This document shows positions 26,201 to 42,491 of a DNA stretch of 64,000 bases, in pieces. Source of the DNA: the human T2T-CHM13v2.0 reference genome, Homo sapiens. Location of the stretch: the NCBI RefSeq assembly GCF_009914755.1, contig NC_060947.1. One strand, written 5' to 3'. Every line of letters begins with the position of its first letter. Positions within the stretch are counted from its first letter, which is position 1. Under the pieces are notes generated by a model that saw only the letters and a program-made list of their open reading frames with translations, had not been told where the DNA came from and did not search any database. A program made the translations under genes and the position numbers.

Positions 26201-27436
26201 TCTCCTCCCACACCTACCCCAGCCTTCTCCTCCCTTTGCTCCTGCTGGAGTCACTGGGTTCTGGCTTGCAGTTTGGATCACGGTTCTGTACATTGTGCCT
26301 TGTAGTTCTGAACCTTGGCCATGTCCCTAGATTGTTGACTCACTGGATCCACCCTGGGCCTCCCTGGTTTGGTTTTGGACTCTGTCCAGGGTCTAGGCTG
26401 CCTGCTGTGTCACAGGGATTCAGCCACGTTTCCTCATCCCCTCTCAGGCCTGTTTTCTTAACAGTAGGTCACTGAAGAATGGCTGCGATTTGCCTGATTG
26501 GCAAACAAGACCCAGTGAAAGTTCACAGGGCATCTTCAACAGAAATGAGGGCTTTGCAGACTGGAGAGCTGTTCTCTAGGTGGCCCTTGTGGAGAGGCAG
26601 TACAAAAAAGTCTATAAGGCAAACATCAGCCAAATCGGGGAGAGGTGGAGGAAAGAGGGTACCAAGGAAGACAATGCAAGCTCTGGTTTCTGCCTTCAGG
26701 GAAACGAGATGCCATTTCTTTGAGTCCTCAGCAGGAAGCAGTGAGCAGGAGAACTGCACTGAGGACAACCATACTTCTTGTATCACATTTTCCAGCCTGG
26801 GGAGTGAGGGATCTACACAAGAGTACTGAAAGGAAGTTCACCACTTTTAGCATCAATGCTCTTGAAAAGTATTATTTAAACCATATTATGAGGGAAACTC
26901 ATCTCCCAGATAAGGCTTATTTTTCTACCCTAGGGAAAGGAAGCACACCAGACATATGTAACCTGTTCCTAATGACTCCTGGTTCTTATTGTAAACTTCG
27001 CTTCCTGTCCTTGGCCATGACAGCAGTTGTCTTGGTTGCCACTTAGACAAAGTCACTTTATTCCTATGGAAAATGGCCTAGATGGATGTGCTTTTTGGCG
27101 TGTCTCTCTTTTTACAGGATTTTTTTTCTCTTTCTTTGCTGTCAATCTGTCAACTGCCACTTCTTATGATCATCACTGAGCTTGCTGCTTGCATGAATCC
27201 ACTTTTTCTCGCTACTTCTTATTTACTTTGAGATTGGAATTTAAATACCTACGTTTCATAGAATTTTATGTAAACTAAAGTTTGTGGGCTCTGAGTGAAA
27301 TCCTGAGGGGGCCCTCTCTGAAGAAAGTGCATGTGATATGGAGCTTGGGATTCGTGGTCACGATTTCAATTGCTCTGGAGGCTTTCCCTTTTTTTCTTCC
27401 TCTCTCTCTCTCAGTTGTGTTCTCAATAAGTGTGCC

Positions 27437-28460
27437 TTATTCATTCTTTCAGCAAATATTTTCTGAGCACTTCCGGTATGTCAGGGATTCTTTTGAAGCT
27501 TGGGGATACAGAAGCAAGCAAAGCAGGAAGGATCCTTGACCTCCTGAGGCTTTCATTTTGTGGGAGGAAATGCTTTGAAAATAAGTCCATGACACTATAT
27601 ATTTGAAGGTGGAAAACGCTAGGAAGATAGATGAAGTAGAGGAGGGGGTGGTATAGTGCTGAGGGTTCAGGTCATTATTTGTATTAGGATGCCATGATTG
27701 ATAAGGGAATTGGATGGAGAGAATGAGCCATGTGGATATCTGAGGGGAAAAATTCCAGAGAGAGGGAGGAGAAAGACAAGGGCCCCGAGGTGGGTGAGCG
27801 CATGCCCACTGTGTCAAAGAAATAGCAATGGGGCAAGTGTGACTAAGCAGAGTGGGCAAAGAGGAGAGTGGTAGGACATAAGGTCAGATAGGTGGCAGGA
27901 GCCGGATCCTGAAATGTCTTCAGAGCTGTTGGAAGGACACTAGTTTTCACTCTGAATGAGATGGGAGGACCATTAAAGTGCTTTTCAGAAGAGGAGTAGA
28001 TTTTTGGGCTGAATTGTGGACCCTCTACAAATTCTTAAGTTGAAGTCCTCACCCCCACTACCTCTGAGTGTGACTGCATTTGGAGATAGGGTGTTTAAAG
28101 TGGTAATTAAGGTAAAATGAGGTCATTAGAGTGTGCCCTTATACAATGTGACTGGTGTCCTCATAAAGAAAAAGTGATTAGGACACAGACGCACCCAGAA
28201 GGAAGACCATGTGAAGACACAGGGAGAAGACACCATCTACAAGCCAAGGAGAGAGGCCTCAGGAGCAGTTAACCCTACCTACACCTTTGTCTGTGATGTC
28301 CAGCCTCCAGAACTATGAGACAATGTATTTCTGTTGTTTAAGCCACCCAGTCTGAGGTATTTTGTTATGGCAGCCCTAGCAGACTAATACAAGTGGCATG
28401 ATCAGACTTAACTTTAAAACAGCATTCTGGCTCCAGTGTAAAGAAAGAACTATTGAGACA
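27437..28460 (-). mobile_element. L2a remnant interrupted by an MLT1B LTR
   Basis: Starts ttattcattctttcagcaaatattttctgagcac; L2 body resumes at gtggcatgatcagac after the LTR. Confidence 0.75.
28000..28391 (+). mobile_element. MaLR solo LTR (MLT1B-like)
   Basis: gggctgaattgtgg...ttgaagtcctcacccc...gttatggcagccctagcagactaataca. Confidence 0.88.
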
Positions 28461-29139
28461 CAAGGGCAGCCACATAAATTATCTGTGGATATGAATATTG
28501 AGGGAGCATAGTGAAAGTTGTTCAAAAGTGTGTGTTGGACTCAGAGTTGAAGGAGCTGATGAACATAGGCTGGAAGAGAACGAAAGGGAGGGTATGCCAG
28601 GGAGTGAGTGACGTACAATGGGATTGAGAACCTGTTTAAAGAAATGATGCAAAGGACAGAAAACACCTTGGTCTGACAAGGCCTAGGAATCCTCATTGGG
28701 AACACATACCATCAAACTGGCAAGATAAAGAGAGTCTTGTTCATGTGAGGCTGTGTTATGTCCTGGTAAGTGTGAAAGCAGTACGCAGGGCAACAATGGA
28801 GGTGAACTGAACTAAGAACTATATGCAGATGACTCTTAGAAAGCAGGAAAGATGGAACATAGGATAGTAAAAGAAAATGCACGTGCTTGGAGTTAGGTGA
28901 CTGGAGTACTAACCTCAGGCTTGCCACTCGTGTGGGAGATAATTTGAGCCTTGATATATTTCTTTTTCCATTAGAGCCAAAAATTTACACCTTGCCTGCC
29001 TCACAGTACTGTTGGGAAGGCCAAGTATGATAAAGGCTAAATAAATTTTTTTCTAAGTTATATAAAGACCTTTAGGTATAAATGCAAGTGAAAGGTTAAG
29101 CCTAGCTTGTAGGTGTGAAGGAAGCAAGAGGAAATTGGT

Positions 29140-30330
29140 GTGGCCAAAGCTGCTAGCTGTGTAGCTGAATCTAGTTTCATTTTCTTCCATAAAATAAAAT
29201 TGTAGCTGGGCATATAGCTATCCAGCAAGACCACATTTCCAAGAATCTCCTGCAGTTACGTACTGTCATACGACTATCTTATCAGTAATGGAATGTAAGC
29301 AGAAGTAATTATATGTCACTTTCTGGCCTGAATCTTAAGAGCACAGTATGTCTCCTCCTTGTGCTCTTCTCCCTTCCTACCAGCTGGAATCCTTTTATGG
29401 TGACCACCCATACTTAACTATGTAGATGATGCTAATGTTGTAATGGATAGCCAAGCAACAACTTGGAAGGAACATGGTTCCTAAATGACTTCAAAGGGGC
29501 TGAGCCACTTGCCAATCAGATTCCTTCACATCAGAACTCTTAAGTGAGAGATAAATATCTGCTTTGTTATCTCAGTCATCCCTTTGGTGAGTTTCTGTTA
29601 CAACAGTTTGCCTTTACCCTAACTAAAATGGAAATGTATCTTCAAGTAGGGTACTATTGCAACAACATCTCAGCAGGTAGGTTGCAGGGACAACAATATT
29701 AATATTATAGGCTTGAAAGCTGGTAACTTTTCATGTCATGGCAAAGCATGAAAAGCATGATAGCATGGCAAAACTGTCAACTAAAATAACTTTGAATGCA
29801 GTATGATGCCTACTGAGACTATAACTCTAGAGAAAGTGATTGGAGTCAGTGTCTGTGTTGGCTGTTCCTTGATGCTTTTAGAAAAGCATTAAAAAGAAGT
29901 GATCTCAGACAAGAATTTCCCTGACCTGCAGTCTGAGATGGAAGGAAATAGACGCAGTCAAAAGGTGTGGGATCCTTGGGTTTGGGAAAGGCAACTACTT
30001 AAGTAATTTTAAGTGGCTACAAAGAAGACCAGCATTGTCAAAGTTACAATAGAACTTTTCAGCCAATCAAAAAAAGACGAGAGAGAGAGAGAGGAGAGAG
30101 AGGAGAGAGAGAGAGACAGAGAGAGAGAGAGACTGTTGAAAAAGATTAGACTAAGGGATTGCCTTAATGCCTAAACCCATTGTTTTCAGCTTATTTCAGG
30201 GAGCGACTCCTAAAATGGTGCAGAGCATTATGAACCAAAGAAGTAAAGAAATAAAGCAAGTTTAAGAGCTGTGTCTACAGACTAAGATATAAAACTGACT
30301 GGAAGCAAATGTACCAGAAGTCTACCAAAT
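29140..30330 (+). mobile_element. Old MaLR LTR (MLT1I/J-like) plus adjoining internal fragment, containing (GA)n at ~30078-30132
   Basis: Ends tttctgttacaacagtttgcctttaccctaactaaaat, then ggaaatgtatcttcaagtagggtact resembling an MLT-int start; highly degenerate. Confidence 0.5.
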
Positions 30331-30519
30331 TTCGTGTTAAAAATCGTTACAGAAATTTTCACTTGGGTAAACTGTAGAGAGAATAGCACGGCGAACTCCC
30401 AAGTACCCATTTTTTAGCCCTGCTTCAACAATCATCACCTCATGGTAAATTTAAATTCATCCATACCTCCACTTATCCCCTGACCTCTTGCTTCCCTGGG
30501 AATACTAACACGTGTTGTT

Positions 30520-31995
30520 TTTTAAATTAACTTTTTATTGAAGACACGCACACACACAGAGAGGGAGATAAAGAAAGGGGGGGCGGAGAGAAATGAACAT
30601 AATCCCTAGAGGTACAGCTTAATAAACATATTCTTGTAATCAGTACTCATCTCAAAAAACTGAACATGATCAGCTCCTCAGAACACCTCTTGGGCTTCCT
30701 TCCAGTAATTACACACCCCAAGCAAATAACCGCATTATATTGATTTCTGTCACCATTGAATACTTGTGTTTGTTTTGACTTTTATATAAATGGAATATAT
30801 AGTTTGTATTCTTTTGCATCCAGCTGTTACTGCTAACCAGAATGTCCATTGAGGTTCTTCCATGTTGCAGTGTGTATCAATAGTTACTTCTTTTTATTGT
30901 TATGTAATATTCCATCATATACTATATTTTAAAAGATCCATTCTACTTTTATTAGGCATTTAGAATGTTTCAAATTTTGGGGGTTATTATGAATAAGCTT
31001 GCTCTTAAAATTTTTACATATTGGTAAATGAATGTATTTCTTTTAGTTATATTCCAAGAACTAGAATTGCTGGGTCAAAGGGCATGCATATTTTCAGCTT
31101 TAATAAGTGTGGCTAAACACTTTTCTGAAATGGATGCACCAATTTACATTCCTGCCAGCAGTATATGAGAGTTTCTTTTGCTCTACATCCTCATGAACAC
31201 ATAGTATAGTGAGGCTTTTTCATTTTAGCCACACTGTTGGGGGTGCAGCAGTATGTAATTGTGGTTATAATTTGCATTTCCCTGATGTTGTTGGGCATCT
31301 TTTCTTTTGAACATTTGAATATTTTTGTTTTGTTTGTTAAGTTCCTTTTGTCCACATTTCCCCTTGGATTTCTACATTTTTGTTATCGATTTTTAAAAGT
31401 TCTTTATATATTCTGTATATGAGACTTTGTTGATGATATTTTAAATATCTTCTCCCATTATATGAGATTTTTATAGCCTTTTAAATATGTTTTTCCTGTC
31501 CCAATGCTATGAAGATGAGCTCCTGTATCGTTTTCTGGGAGCTTTAGCATTTTATCCGTCACACTTAGATGTGTAATCTTATGGAATTTATTTATGTCTC
31601 TAGTGTGATATGGGGGTCAATTCATTTTTTCCCAAATAGATATTGAATTAATCCACCATTGCTGTGGCATTTTTTGTTATAAACCAAATGACAATGTTTA
31701 TATGCATTTTCCTGGTCTATGTTATTACGTTGGTCTTAATTATTATAGCTTTGTAATAGGTCTGATGTCTGGTAGTGTTATCCCTCTGACTTCATTCTTC
31801 CAGATTGCCTTGGCTATTCTTGGACCTCCGCATTTTCATATAAACATTAGAATCATTTTGTTAATTTATATATACACATATACACACACAAACATACTCA
31901 AGCCTGCTGGAAGTTTGAGAATTGTGTTGAATCTATAAATCAATTTTGGGAGAGTTGGCTTCATTAGAATATTGAGTTTTCCAATCCATGAACAT
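30520..31995 (-). mobile_element. Old L1M fragment(s)
   Basis: ctagaattgctgggtcaaagggcatgc...tacattcctgccagcagtatatgagag...attgccttggctattcttgg is antisense L1 ORF2/3' end. Confidence 0.8.
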
Positions 31996-31999
31996 ATTT

Positions 32000-32460
32000 A
32001 CACAATTTCAGAGAAACTTATGGCTAAAGAAATCAAAACTACCCAGTTTCCATCAACTGACAAATGCACAAACTGTGACATATCTATGCAGTGGAATATT
32101 ACTCAACCATAAAGAGCATTGAAGTACTGATTCCTGCCGCAACATGTATGAACCTTGAAAATAATATGTTAAGTGAAAGAAGACAGTCACAAAAGGTCAC
32201 GTATTATATGATTTCATTTACATGAAGTGTCCAGAATAGGCCAAATTGTAGAGATGGAAAGCAGATAGTGGTTGCCTAGGACTGAAGGAGATAAAGGGAA
32301 TGGTGGTAAGTGATAGCTAAAGGGTATGGAGTATTTTGGGGGGTAATAAAATGTTATAAAATGGACTCATTTTATAACACAATTCCATGAATACATTAAA
32401 GAATATTATAAACTTTAAGTGGTGAATGTGTGGTATATAAATTATATCTCACTAGAACTG

Positions 32461-32462
<2 letters not shown>
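32000..32462 (+). mobile_element. L1MB-like 3' end followed by (CA)n at 32465-32504
   Basis: gtggaatattactcaaccataaa...atgaaccttgaaaataatatgttaagtgaaagaagacagtcacaaaagg. Confidence 0.8.
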
Positions 32463-32506
<44 letters not shown>

Positions 32507-32699
32507 GGTCTGCCAAATTTCTTGATTGTTTAAGCCCTAAATCAGCCCCTATAAAAAATATATTCTCCAATATTGTGTCACTTGGAGATTTTGGAGAATG
32601 GGTGTCTGCAGTAATTGGATGAGGCTGTGGGTTGTTTCCCTTGTGAACACTGTTTGTGTGTGTGTGTGTGTGCAAATAAGGTTGCACACAAATATTGAG

Positions 32700-33226
32700 G
32701 TGGACAGGTAGGTGGATTGTAACGAATATTGTTAATTGCCCACCAAAACCCACTTGGCATTTATTGCAATATAATATAATTGTTAGAGATCACATGGCTG
32801 CTCATGGTGACTACATTTTCCAACACTCTGCAGTTAGGTATGAATGTATGACTAGATTCTTGCCAGTAAATTAGAAGTAGAAGTGATGTGGGCTCATTCT
32901 AAGCCAGGGCCCTAAAAGAGTGGATGTTCTCTTCTCCATTCTTGCTGGCTGAAACCCTTTTGTGGTAGCCACTGGGTTTGAAATATGTAAAAGATGACAT
33001 GTCTTAAGGGATAGAAGGAATGGGAGAGCAATGACTTGGAAGGGAAGAAACTGAGTCCCAGAATGACCTTGTTATGCAGCATTGGATCATTCACAGGGAG
33101 AATGTTACATGAAAGAGAGATACAAATATCTATTCTTCATATGTAAACATATGTGTATATTCACACCTTAATCTGCTCTATTACTGGTTATGTTTTTAGT
33201 AGCTTATGTTTACCATAACTAATACA
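32700..33226 (+). mobile_element. Old MaLR LTR (MLT1J/K-like)
   Basis: gactacattttccaacactctgcagttaggtatg...accataactaataca terminus. Confidence 0.55.
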
Positions 33227-33595
33227 ATAAAAAGGACTTCATTTTTGTGCTCCCTCTTCAACTGAAAATCTGGAATTTGGAAGCTGACAGTTAACCAAGC
33301 CCAAAGAAGAATCCACCAATCATATCAGGATTTATGATCATCACCTTGTTACCTGGCCTCACTCAGAAGAAAGTGCCTACATGTGGCACTTCCTGTCATG
33401 TCAATAATTAGCAGTTGGCCTTCAGGAGAAATCACTCATATAGGAGGGCCCCAGGGATGGAGAACAATACCAGGCAGAAAGGACTGAGGTCTGGCTCTGA
33501 GATTATGGCACAAGCTGAAAACCTCAAAAGTGTTTTCTAGACTTCTGGCTCTCTAGAGTCCCACTAGGTTGCTAAAAACTTTGTATCCTCTGCAA

Positions 33596-33816
33596 CAGGG
33601 GTGTCCAATCTTTTGGCTTCCCTGGATCACATTGGAAGAAGAAAAATTGTCTTGGGCCATGCATAAAATACACTAACACTAACGATAGATGATGAGCTAA
33701 AACAAATCACTAAAAATCTCATAACGTTTTAAGAAAGTTTACAAATTTGTGTTGGGCTGCATTCAAAGCTATCCTGGGCCACACACAGCCCATGGGCCAT
33801 GGGTTAGACAAGCTTG
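33596..33816 (+). mobile_element. MER30 hAT-Charlie DNA transposon (MITE)
   Basis: caggggtgtccaatcttttggcttccctgg...gggttagacaagcttg; degenerate 8-bp TSD ctctgcaa / ctctacat. Confidence 0.88.
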
Positions 33817-36426
33817 CTCTACATTCTATGTCCAGGTTGGCTCAGACTTTGAAGTAAGGAAAGCTTACTCACTCACTCATATGGAAAGAACTCTTTGGTA
33901 GCAGGAAGGCCCAGGGGTAAAATTATCTCCAAATTTTTCAGGCTGCTTTATAATTTCAAATAAAATCATGCTTTATTTGAAGAACTTTTAGGGAGTGAGA
34001 AAAGAAACCAAACAAATACCCAGTGAGCTTTTTTAGGGAATAGTGAGGTCAAGTTATAGGGGTTATTTGATATTTTTAGAAAGTGGACTCTGAAGGTTGG
34101 ACCAGACTTGCTCCTGAGTCAGTAGCTCACTGAGGGAATTCCAGAATTCTACTGCTGACAGAAAGGGCTCAAAATCCAAAACTGTTGATGTTACAATATA
34201 GACAGTAATTCTCAGAGAGGGCAAGGAACTTGCCTAGGGTCACCCAGCATGTCAATGGTGGAGTTGGGATAAGAATTAATGTTGACTACGTTCTTGTCTA
34301 ATTATTGCCCTAGCCCAGACAAAACAGAAAATCTAATTTTCTGGAAATTACTAGTTATGTCTATGTATTTTGCACAAATTTTTTTTTCTACCTAATTATT
34401 GCTGTCTGGGAAGCTTGAAAGGATTGCTAAGCAAACACCATGGAACTACCTCTAACCAATAGGGCCTGTGCTAAGGAGGTGCACATGAGAATTATTTTGG
34501 CTCCATTCCACTAACCTTATGAGTCAAAATTGCTGGTCATCCTCCTTCTACAAAAGCACCATGGAAGCACTGTACCTAGTGCTTCTCACCATCTCTGTCC
34601 CCTCCTGCTCCCCGAACCTTATGGGCATTGAACCTGTATATGTGGGAGGTCTGAGTCGACACTGTATTTCAAGGACAGAGAACATTTCTTTGTTTTTCTG
34701 TCTCTAACTCCCCTCCCACCCAGCAGGAACTCAGCAAAGCCCAAAGGCTGGAATCGCTTAACAACTGTGACATTCTAATGGGATACATGACCAAGATCAT
34801 GCAGGTGACTCGCAATGTCTGGTGAGCAGTTCCAAATAGTTTTAACTAGAGCTGTGACCTGGTAAACAGATTAGATAGCAATCAGTCGAACTATTTCTTT
34901 ATGATTAATAATGCAGCTTGCATATCCTCAGCTATAGGCTAGATGATGTGAGTGACAGTTCAAGATGGCTTTGTGGAGGTGGGGCCCACTCCACTCCTCC
35001 AGACATAAGTGTTCTTTTTAATGAGTAAGACCATCTGCAGAGCTAAGTATTGGAAAGAAATAAGCTCAAAGGCTAGGGAAATTCCATGTGTGGGCAGACA
35101 TATGAAGCAGTGCTTGAACTTCCATAGTCATCAGAACCACCTGAGGAACTTGTTATAAGGCTGATTCCTGGGCCCTGCCCTAGATGTTTTGATACAATAG
35201 GCTTGGGCAAGGAGATTCTGTTGCTGATAGCTCAAGAAAAAACTGCATGTTGATAATTGGTCTCAATTACACCAGAGACTCACCTGACCCAGAGTCAAGT
35301 GAGCTGGAAGGTTCTTCTTTCCATCTTCAAATGTACCCAGTTACTCCAGTTGGCCAGCTAGTCCCCGGTCAGCATGCTACCTGAAATAACCTGACAACAA
35401 TAGCCTCTGATACCTGTACTAACCTTTGAAGTTACTGAAATGCCTCCCAGGAACACATTCATTTGATTTTCATGTTACCCTTGGGGTAGGGCTGGCATGC
35501 TGGCTTGAGCATCCCATTTTACAGATGAGGGAGTCGGTGAAGGAAAGTGTCTTGCCCAAGGCTTCAAGTCAGAGTTGCCAAGCTGTGATTCAAAGCCTTA
35601 TCTTCAGATTCTAGCTTACAGAGTGTCCTGCTCCCCCAGCCTCTGACCTGTTCAGTCAGGAGGCATTGAGCTTCTGATGTTACCCAACTGCAAAAGGCCG
35701 TTGGAGACTGCCATTTATTCCAATCCATCAAGTAAGTGAAATAGGACTTTGAAAAGTTAGACTCAGAGGTGCATATCCCTGGCAAGTGAGAACTGTGAAG
35801 CAAAGGCCAACTCTCAGAAGAAGAGGCTGCCAATATCCCTCCCATTATCCAAAGCCCAGTCCAGAGCTCTGCTATCCTCCTCCATCAGCCAGGCTGTCCT
35901 CCCTGAACAGGGTGCCATCACCCACACCTCTCCTTCCTTCTCTCCATCAGAGCACACTGCCCTGGAAAGGACTCCTGTCCTCAGAATCGCCAGGTCTAGT
36001 GGTGCACACTAATTTACTGAGGTCAGGAAAACCTGGGAGGCTTGGCTTAAAGCCCAGACTATTTCTCGAGAAGGGTCTCTTTCCATCTTCAGACCTAGGG
36101 ATCCTCCCTGCTAATCATCTTTCTCAAACTTGCCATCTGACTATATTTTAAGGAATTGGCCCCAAAGATTGGCTTCAGGGTAGAATATAGCCCCTCAAGC
36201 CCCATATACCAGCTCTGGGGGATTAGAGGCTCTTCTATTCATCCCCATGAATAATACACAATTTGCTTATGGGAAAAGCCTTTGGAGCTTGCTTGAAGCT
36301 ACAAGGTAATCATACAGAAGCCCAACTAGTGTCACACATAACACGTCTGAGGGGTCGGCTTGCTAATTGTCCCCTCTCACATTTCCCCCTCCAAGAAGAT
36401 CCTCATCTCAGCCTCAGTATTATTTC

Positions 36427-36550
36427 TTTATTCAACACATTTTTTATTGAGAGCCTGCTGTGTTCCAAGCATGGTAGCAGGCTCCGGCAATACAGCAGTA
36501 AACAAAACGTACAACAGATTGCTATGCTAAACGGGCAGAAAAGAAGAGTA

Positions 36551-36581
<31 letters not shown>

Positions 36582-36957
36582 CATGCACGCGCAATGCACT
36601 TTTAAATAGATGGTCCTTCATTTAGAAGGTAATACTTTAACATTTGTCAAAGACCCAAAAGAGGTGGAGGGTGAGCTACGTTATGGATATCTGGAAAAAC
36701 AGCATTCCAGACAGAGAGAAGAATCAGTTCAAAGTCCCCACAGTGATTGCATGCTTGGCGTGTTCCAGGAAAAGTAAGAAGGCCAAGTGTAGCAAAAATT
36801 GAGTAAGTAAGGCAACGAGTATTAAGAGTTGAGGTCAGAAAGAGGAGGGGAAACACATCATTAGGGACTTTAAGGCTATTGGAAGGATTCTAGCTTTTAC
36901 TATGAGTGAAATGGGGGAAGCATTGTATGACAGGGAAGTGTCATGATCTGGATTAGT
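36427..36957 (-). mobile_element. L2a, first half (continues at ~54318-55300); contains (TG)n at 36553-36581
   Basis: Starts ttattcaacacattttttattgagagcctgctgtgttcc and breaks at gtcatgatctggattag. Confidence 0.75.
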
Positions 36958-37385
36958 TATTTTAAAAATCTACTTCGTTGAAGCATTTTTTTAATGTACA
37001 ATAAATACACCAAGTTTAATTGTACTACAGTTGCATAACAGTTTTAGAATACGCACAGCTTGTCAACACCACCACAATCAGGATACTGAATGTTTGCATC
37101 ACCTTAAGAAAGTTCTAAATGCTGTTAGGAAGTCAGTCTCCCACTCCTGCCTCCTGTCTCATGTAACGCCACTGCTCCAATTTCAATGACAATGCATTAG
37201 CTTTGTCTAGTCCAGAATTCACAAAAGTGCAATTATATAGAATAGACTCTTTTATGGCTGCCTTCTTTTGCTAAATATTATGTCTATGAAATTAATTGAT
37301 GTTGTGTGTAGGAATATTTCATTCCTTTGTAGTGCTGAGTAGTATTCCATTGTACAGATCTAACACAGTTTGTTAATCCATTCAC

Positions 37386-37681
<296 letters not shown>

Positions 37682-38199
37682 AATCCATTCACTTTTTGAT
37701 AGATATTCATATCATTCTTAGTTTTTGTCAAACATAAATATGCAATGAAAATTTGGGTAAATATTTGTGTGGACATATATTTTCAATTCTTGTAGGTAAA
37801 TATCTAATAGTGAAATGGCTGGGTTATATAGTAAGTGCATGTCTAATTCATAAGAAACTGCCAAACTGCTTTACAAATTGGTTGTGTCATTTTACATTCC
37901 CACAAATAGTGTAGATGAGTTTCAGTTGCTCCCTGTACTTGTCAGCACTTGGTATTATCAGCCTTTTAAATTTTAATTTTAGCCATTCCAATGGTGTATA
38001 CTGCTATCTCATTGTGGTTTTAATTTGCAATTTTCTGATTAATACTGTTATGTGAGCACCTTTTAATGTTTTTGTTGGCCATTCGTGTATATTTTCTTTT
38101 AAGATACATCAACTCATTTATTTTGACCATTTAAAAAATCAGGCTGTTTTTTAAAATTATTTTTAATCTGAAAGAATTCTTTATATATTACAAACATAA

Positions 38200-38718
<519 letters not shown>

Positions 38719-39097
38719 GATACTACCATTGTTCTACATATTTGCTATATCACACTTATCCATCCCCCATCAAATATCTAATCTTATGTGTGTATTTTCA
38801 AACTAATTACAGATATAAGTTATTTTCCTTATAAATATTTAGTTAGATATGTTATCAACTAGAATTCAATATTTGTCTGCCATTTTTTCTTTTAATTTAA
38901 AATGTACATGCAATGAAATGCACAAATCTAAAAAGTATATCCCTTGAGTTGTGACAAATTCCAAACCTGAGTAAGCCATGCCCTTGGAAAGATGTAGAAC
39001 GTTACCATAACCATGTACTATTACCTCATGATCCTCTCAGTCAAACTCTGTCTATACCTCTGTCTATACTAGTCTCTGGAAGCAACCATTGTTCTAG

Positions 39098-39402
<305 letters not shown>

Positions 39403-39650
39403 TGTTCTAGCATTTTTAAGGATTACTTTGCTTGTTCTAGAACTTCATATAAATGAAGACACACAGTATGTACTCTCTTGTCTATGCCTTCTTTTACTCA
39501 GTTTCAGATTGCTCTTCTTTGCTCTATTTTTGAGAGTTTGAGAGATGAATTAATGTTTTTGTGTATATCAATAATGTCTTCCTTTTTAATGCTGAGTGGT
39601 TTCCATTGTATGAATATACCATATTTTGTTTATCTGTTCTTCTGCTGAAG

Positions 39651-40310
<660 letters not shown>

Positions 40311-40693
40311 TATTGAAGGACTTTTTTTTTTTCCTAATGTTTGGCTATTATGAATAAAGCTGTTATGAACATTCTTCTACAAGTCTTTTTATGAACACAT
40401 TTTATTTTTTCATTTCTCTTGGATAAATACTTAGTAGAATGGCTGGGTCATATGGTAGGAAAATGTTTAGTTATCAGAAACTTCTAGACCTGTCCCAAAG
40501 TGCTTGTAACATTTTATGTTTTAACCAACAATGTGTAATAGCACTAGTTTAGCCCTAGTCTTTTAAAATTTTAGCCATTCCGATGTGTGTGCAGAGGTAT
40601 TTCCTTTTGGTTTAATTTTGCATTCTCCTGATAGCTACTGATGTTGAATACTTTTTCATATGTTTTTAGCCATTTATATATTTCTCTTGTGAA

Positions 40694-40990
40694 TTTTTGT
40701 TTTTTTGAGACAGGGTCTCACTCTGTCACCTAGGCTGGAGTACAGTGGCATGATTAGGGCTGACTGCTGCCTTGACCTCCTAGGCTCAAGCAATTCTCCC
40801 ACCTCAGTCCCCCAAGTAGCTGGGACTATAGGCACATGCCACAATGACTGGCTAATTTTTTTTTAATTTTAGTAGAAATGAGGTCTCATTATGTTGCCCA
40901 GACTGGTATCAAACTCCTGAACTCAAGCCATGCTCTTACCTTGGCCTCCCAAAGTGATGGGATTACAGGCATGAGCCATCATGCTCGGCC
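40694..40990 (-). mobile_element. AluJ, TSD tcttgtgaat
   Basis: gagacagggtctcactctgtcacc...actcctgaactcaagc shows J-type diagnostics; TSD at 40685-40694 and 40991-41000. Confidence 0.93.
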
Positions 40991-41942
40991 TCTTGTGAAT
41001 GGTTTGTTCACATATTTTGCCAACTTTTAAAGTGTTTTTATTTTGTCTTTTTCTTACTGAGCTGCAGGAGAGCGCATATATATATATTCTGAAAAACAGT
41101 ATTTTGTAAGATATGTGTTGGGAATACTTTCTTCCAACCTATGATTTGCCATTCATTTTATTAATTATGAGCAGAAATAAGTGTCTTATGAAACAGAAAT
41201 TTTGATTTTAAGTTCACTTTGTTTTTTATTTATGATTAGTGCTTTCTGTGGCTTAAGAAACCTTTGCTTACCTCCAGTTCTCAAAGACATTCTTCATTTT
41301 TCTTAAAAAGATTTAGGATTGTAAGTTTTTACATTTAGGTATGTGATTTATCTTGAATTAATCTTTATGGTGTGTGGTAGATTGGAGGTGTGTGTTTTTC
41401 AATATAGCTAACCAGTTGTTCCAGCACCATATGTTCAAACGTTTTTTTGTTGCCCCTTGTATTGCTTGGAAACCTTTGCGAAAATCAAATGACTGTGCAT
41501 GTGTCTATTTCTGGCTTCTCAATTCTGTTTCACTGATCTGTGTGTCTATCCTTATGGCATTTCTACACTGTCTTGATTAAAAAGTAGATCTTGAAATCTA
41601 GTAGTATAGGACCTCCAACTTTATTCTTCTTTGTGGGGGCTTTTGATTTTAAGAAAGCACAATTTATCATTTTTCTCCTTTTATGGTTAGTGATTTTTAT
41701 GCCCTGGTGAATAAATATTTGTCTACCCCAAGATTATGGGAATTTTCTCCATTTCTATCTAAAAATTTTTTTAGTTTTAGCTTCTACATTTAGGTTTATG
41801 CTCAATTTTAAATTAAAATGTTGTATATGGTGTGAAGTAAGGATTAGGATTCATTTCCCCACCCCCCACAGATATCCAGTTTTCATAGTACCATTTATTA
41901 AAAAGACTTTCTTTCATCATTGAATTGACTTTACACCTTGTT

Positions 41943-42295
41943 TGTAATGGTCTGAATGTTTGTATGCTCCCCAAAACTAATGTGTTGATGCCTAACCTTC
42001 AAGGAGGTATTAGGTGGTGGGGCACTTGGGAAGTGATTAGATCATGAGCATGAAGCCCGCATGAGTGGGATTAGTGTCCCTATAAAAGAGGTTCCAGAGA
42101 ACTGCCTTGCCCCTTCTACCATGTAAGGATGCAGCAAGAAGGTGGCATCTATGAGGAACAGGCCCTCACCAGACACTGAACCTACCTGCTCCATGTTCTT
42201 GGACTTCTCAGCCTCCCATAAGAAATAAACTTCTGTTTCTTATAAACTACTTTGTTTATGGCATTTTGTTATAGCAACCCAAATGGACTAAGACA
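41943..42295 (+). mobile_element. MaLR solo LTR (MLT1A/MSTD-like)
   Basis: TG...CA termini (tgtaatggtctgaatgtttgt...aatggactaagaca); 5-bp TSD ttgtt / ttggt. Confidence 0.88.
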
Positions 42296-42491
42296 TTGGT
42301 CTAATGTCAATTAAATTTTGTATGCACAGGTTTCTTTCTGAACTGTCTTTTCTGTTCCAGTGATTTTTATGTCTAAGTATTACACCAATACCACACTGCT
42401 GCTTTGCTGTAACTTTATTTTCAATCTCAAAATCAGGTAGTGGAAGTCCTTTACTCTGTTCTACTTTTACAAATGGTTTTAACTATTCTAG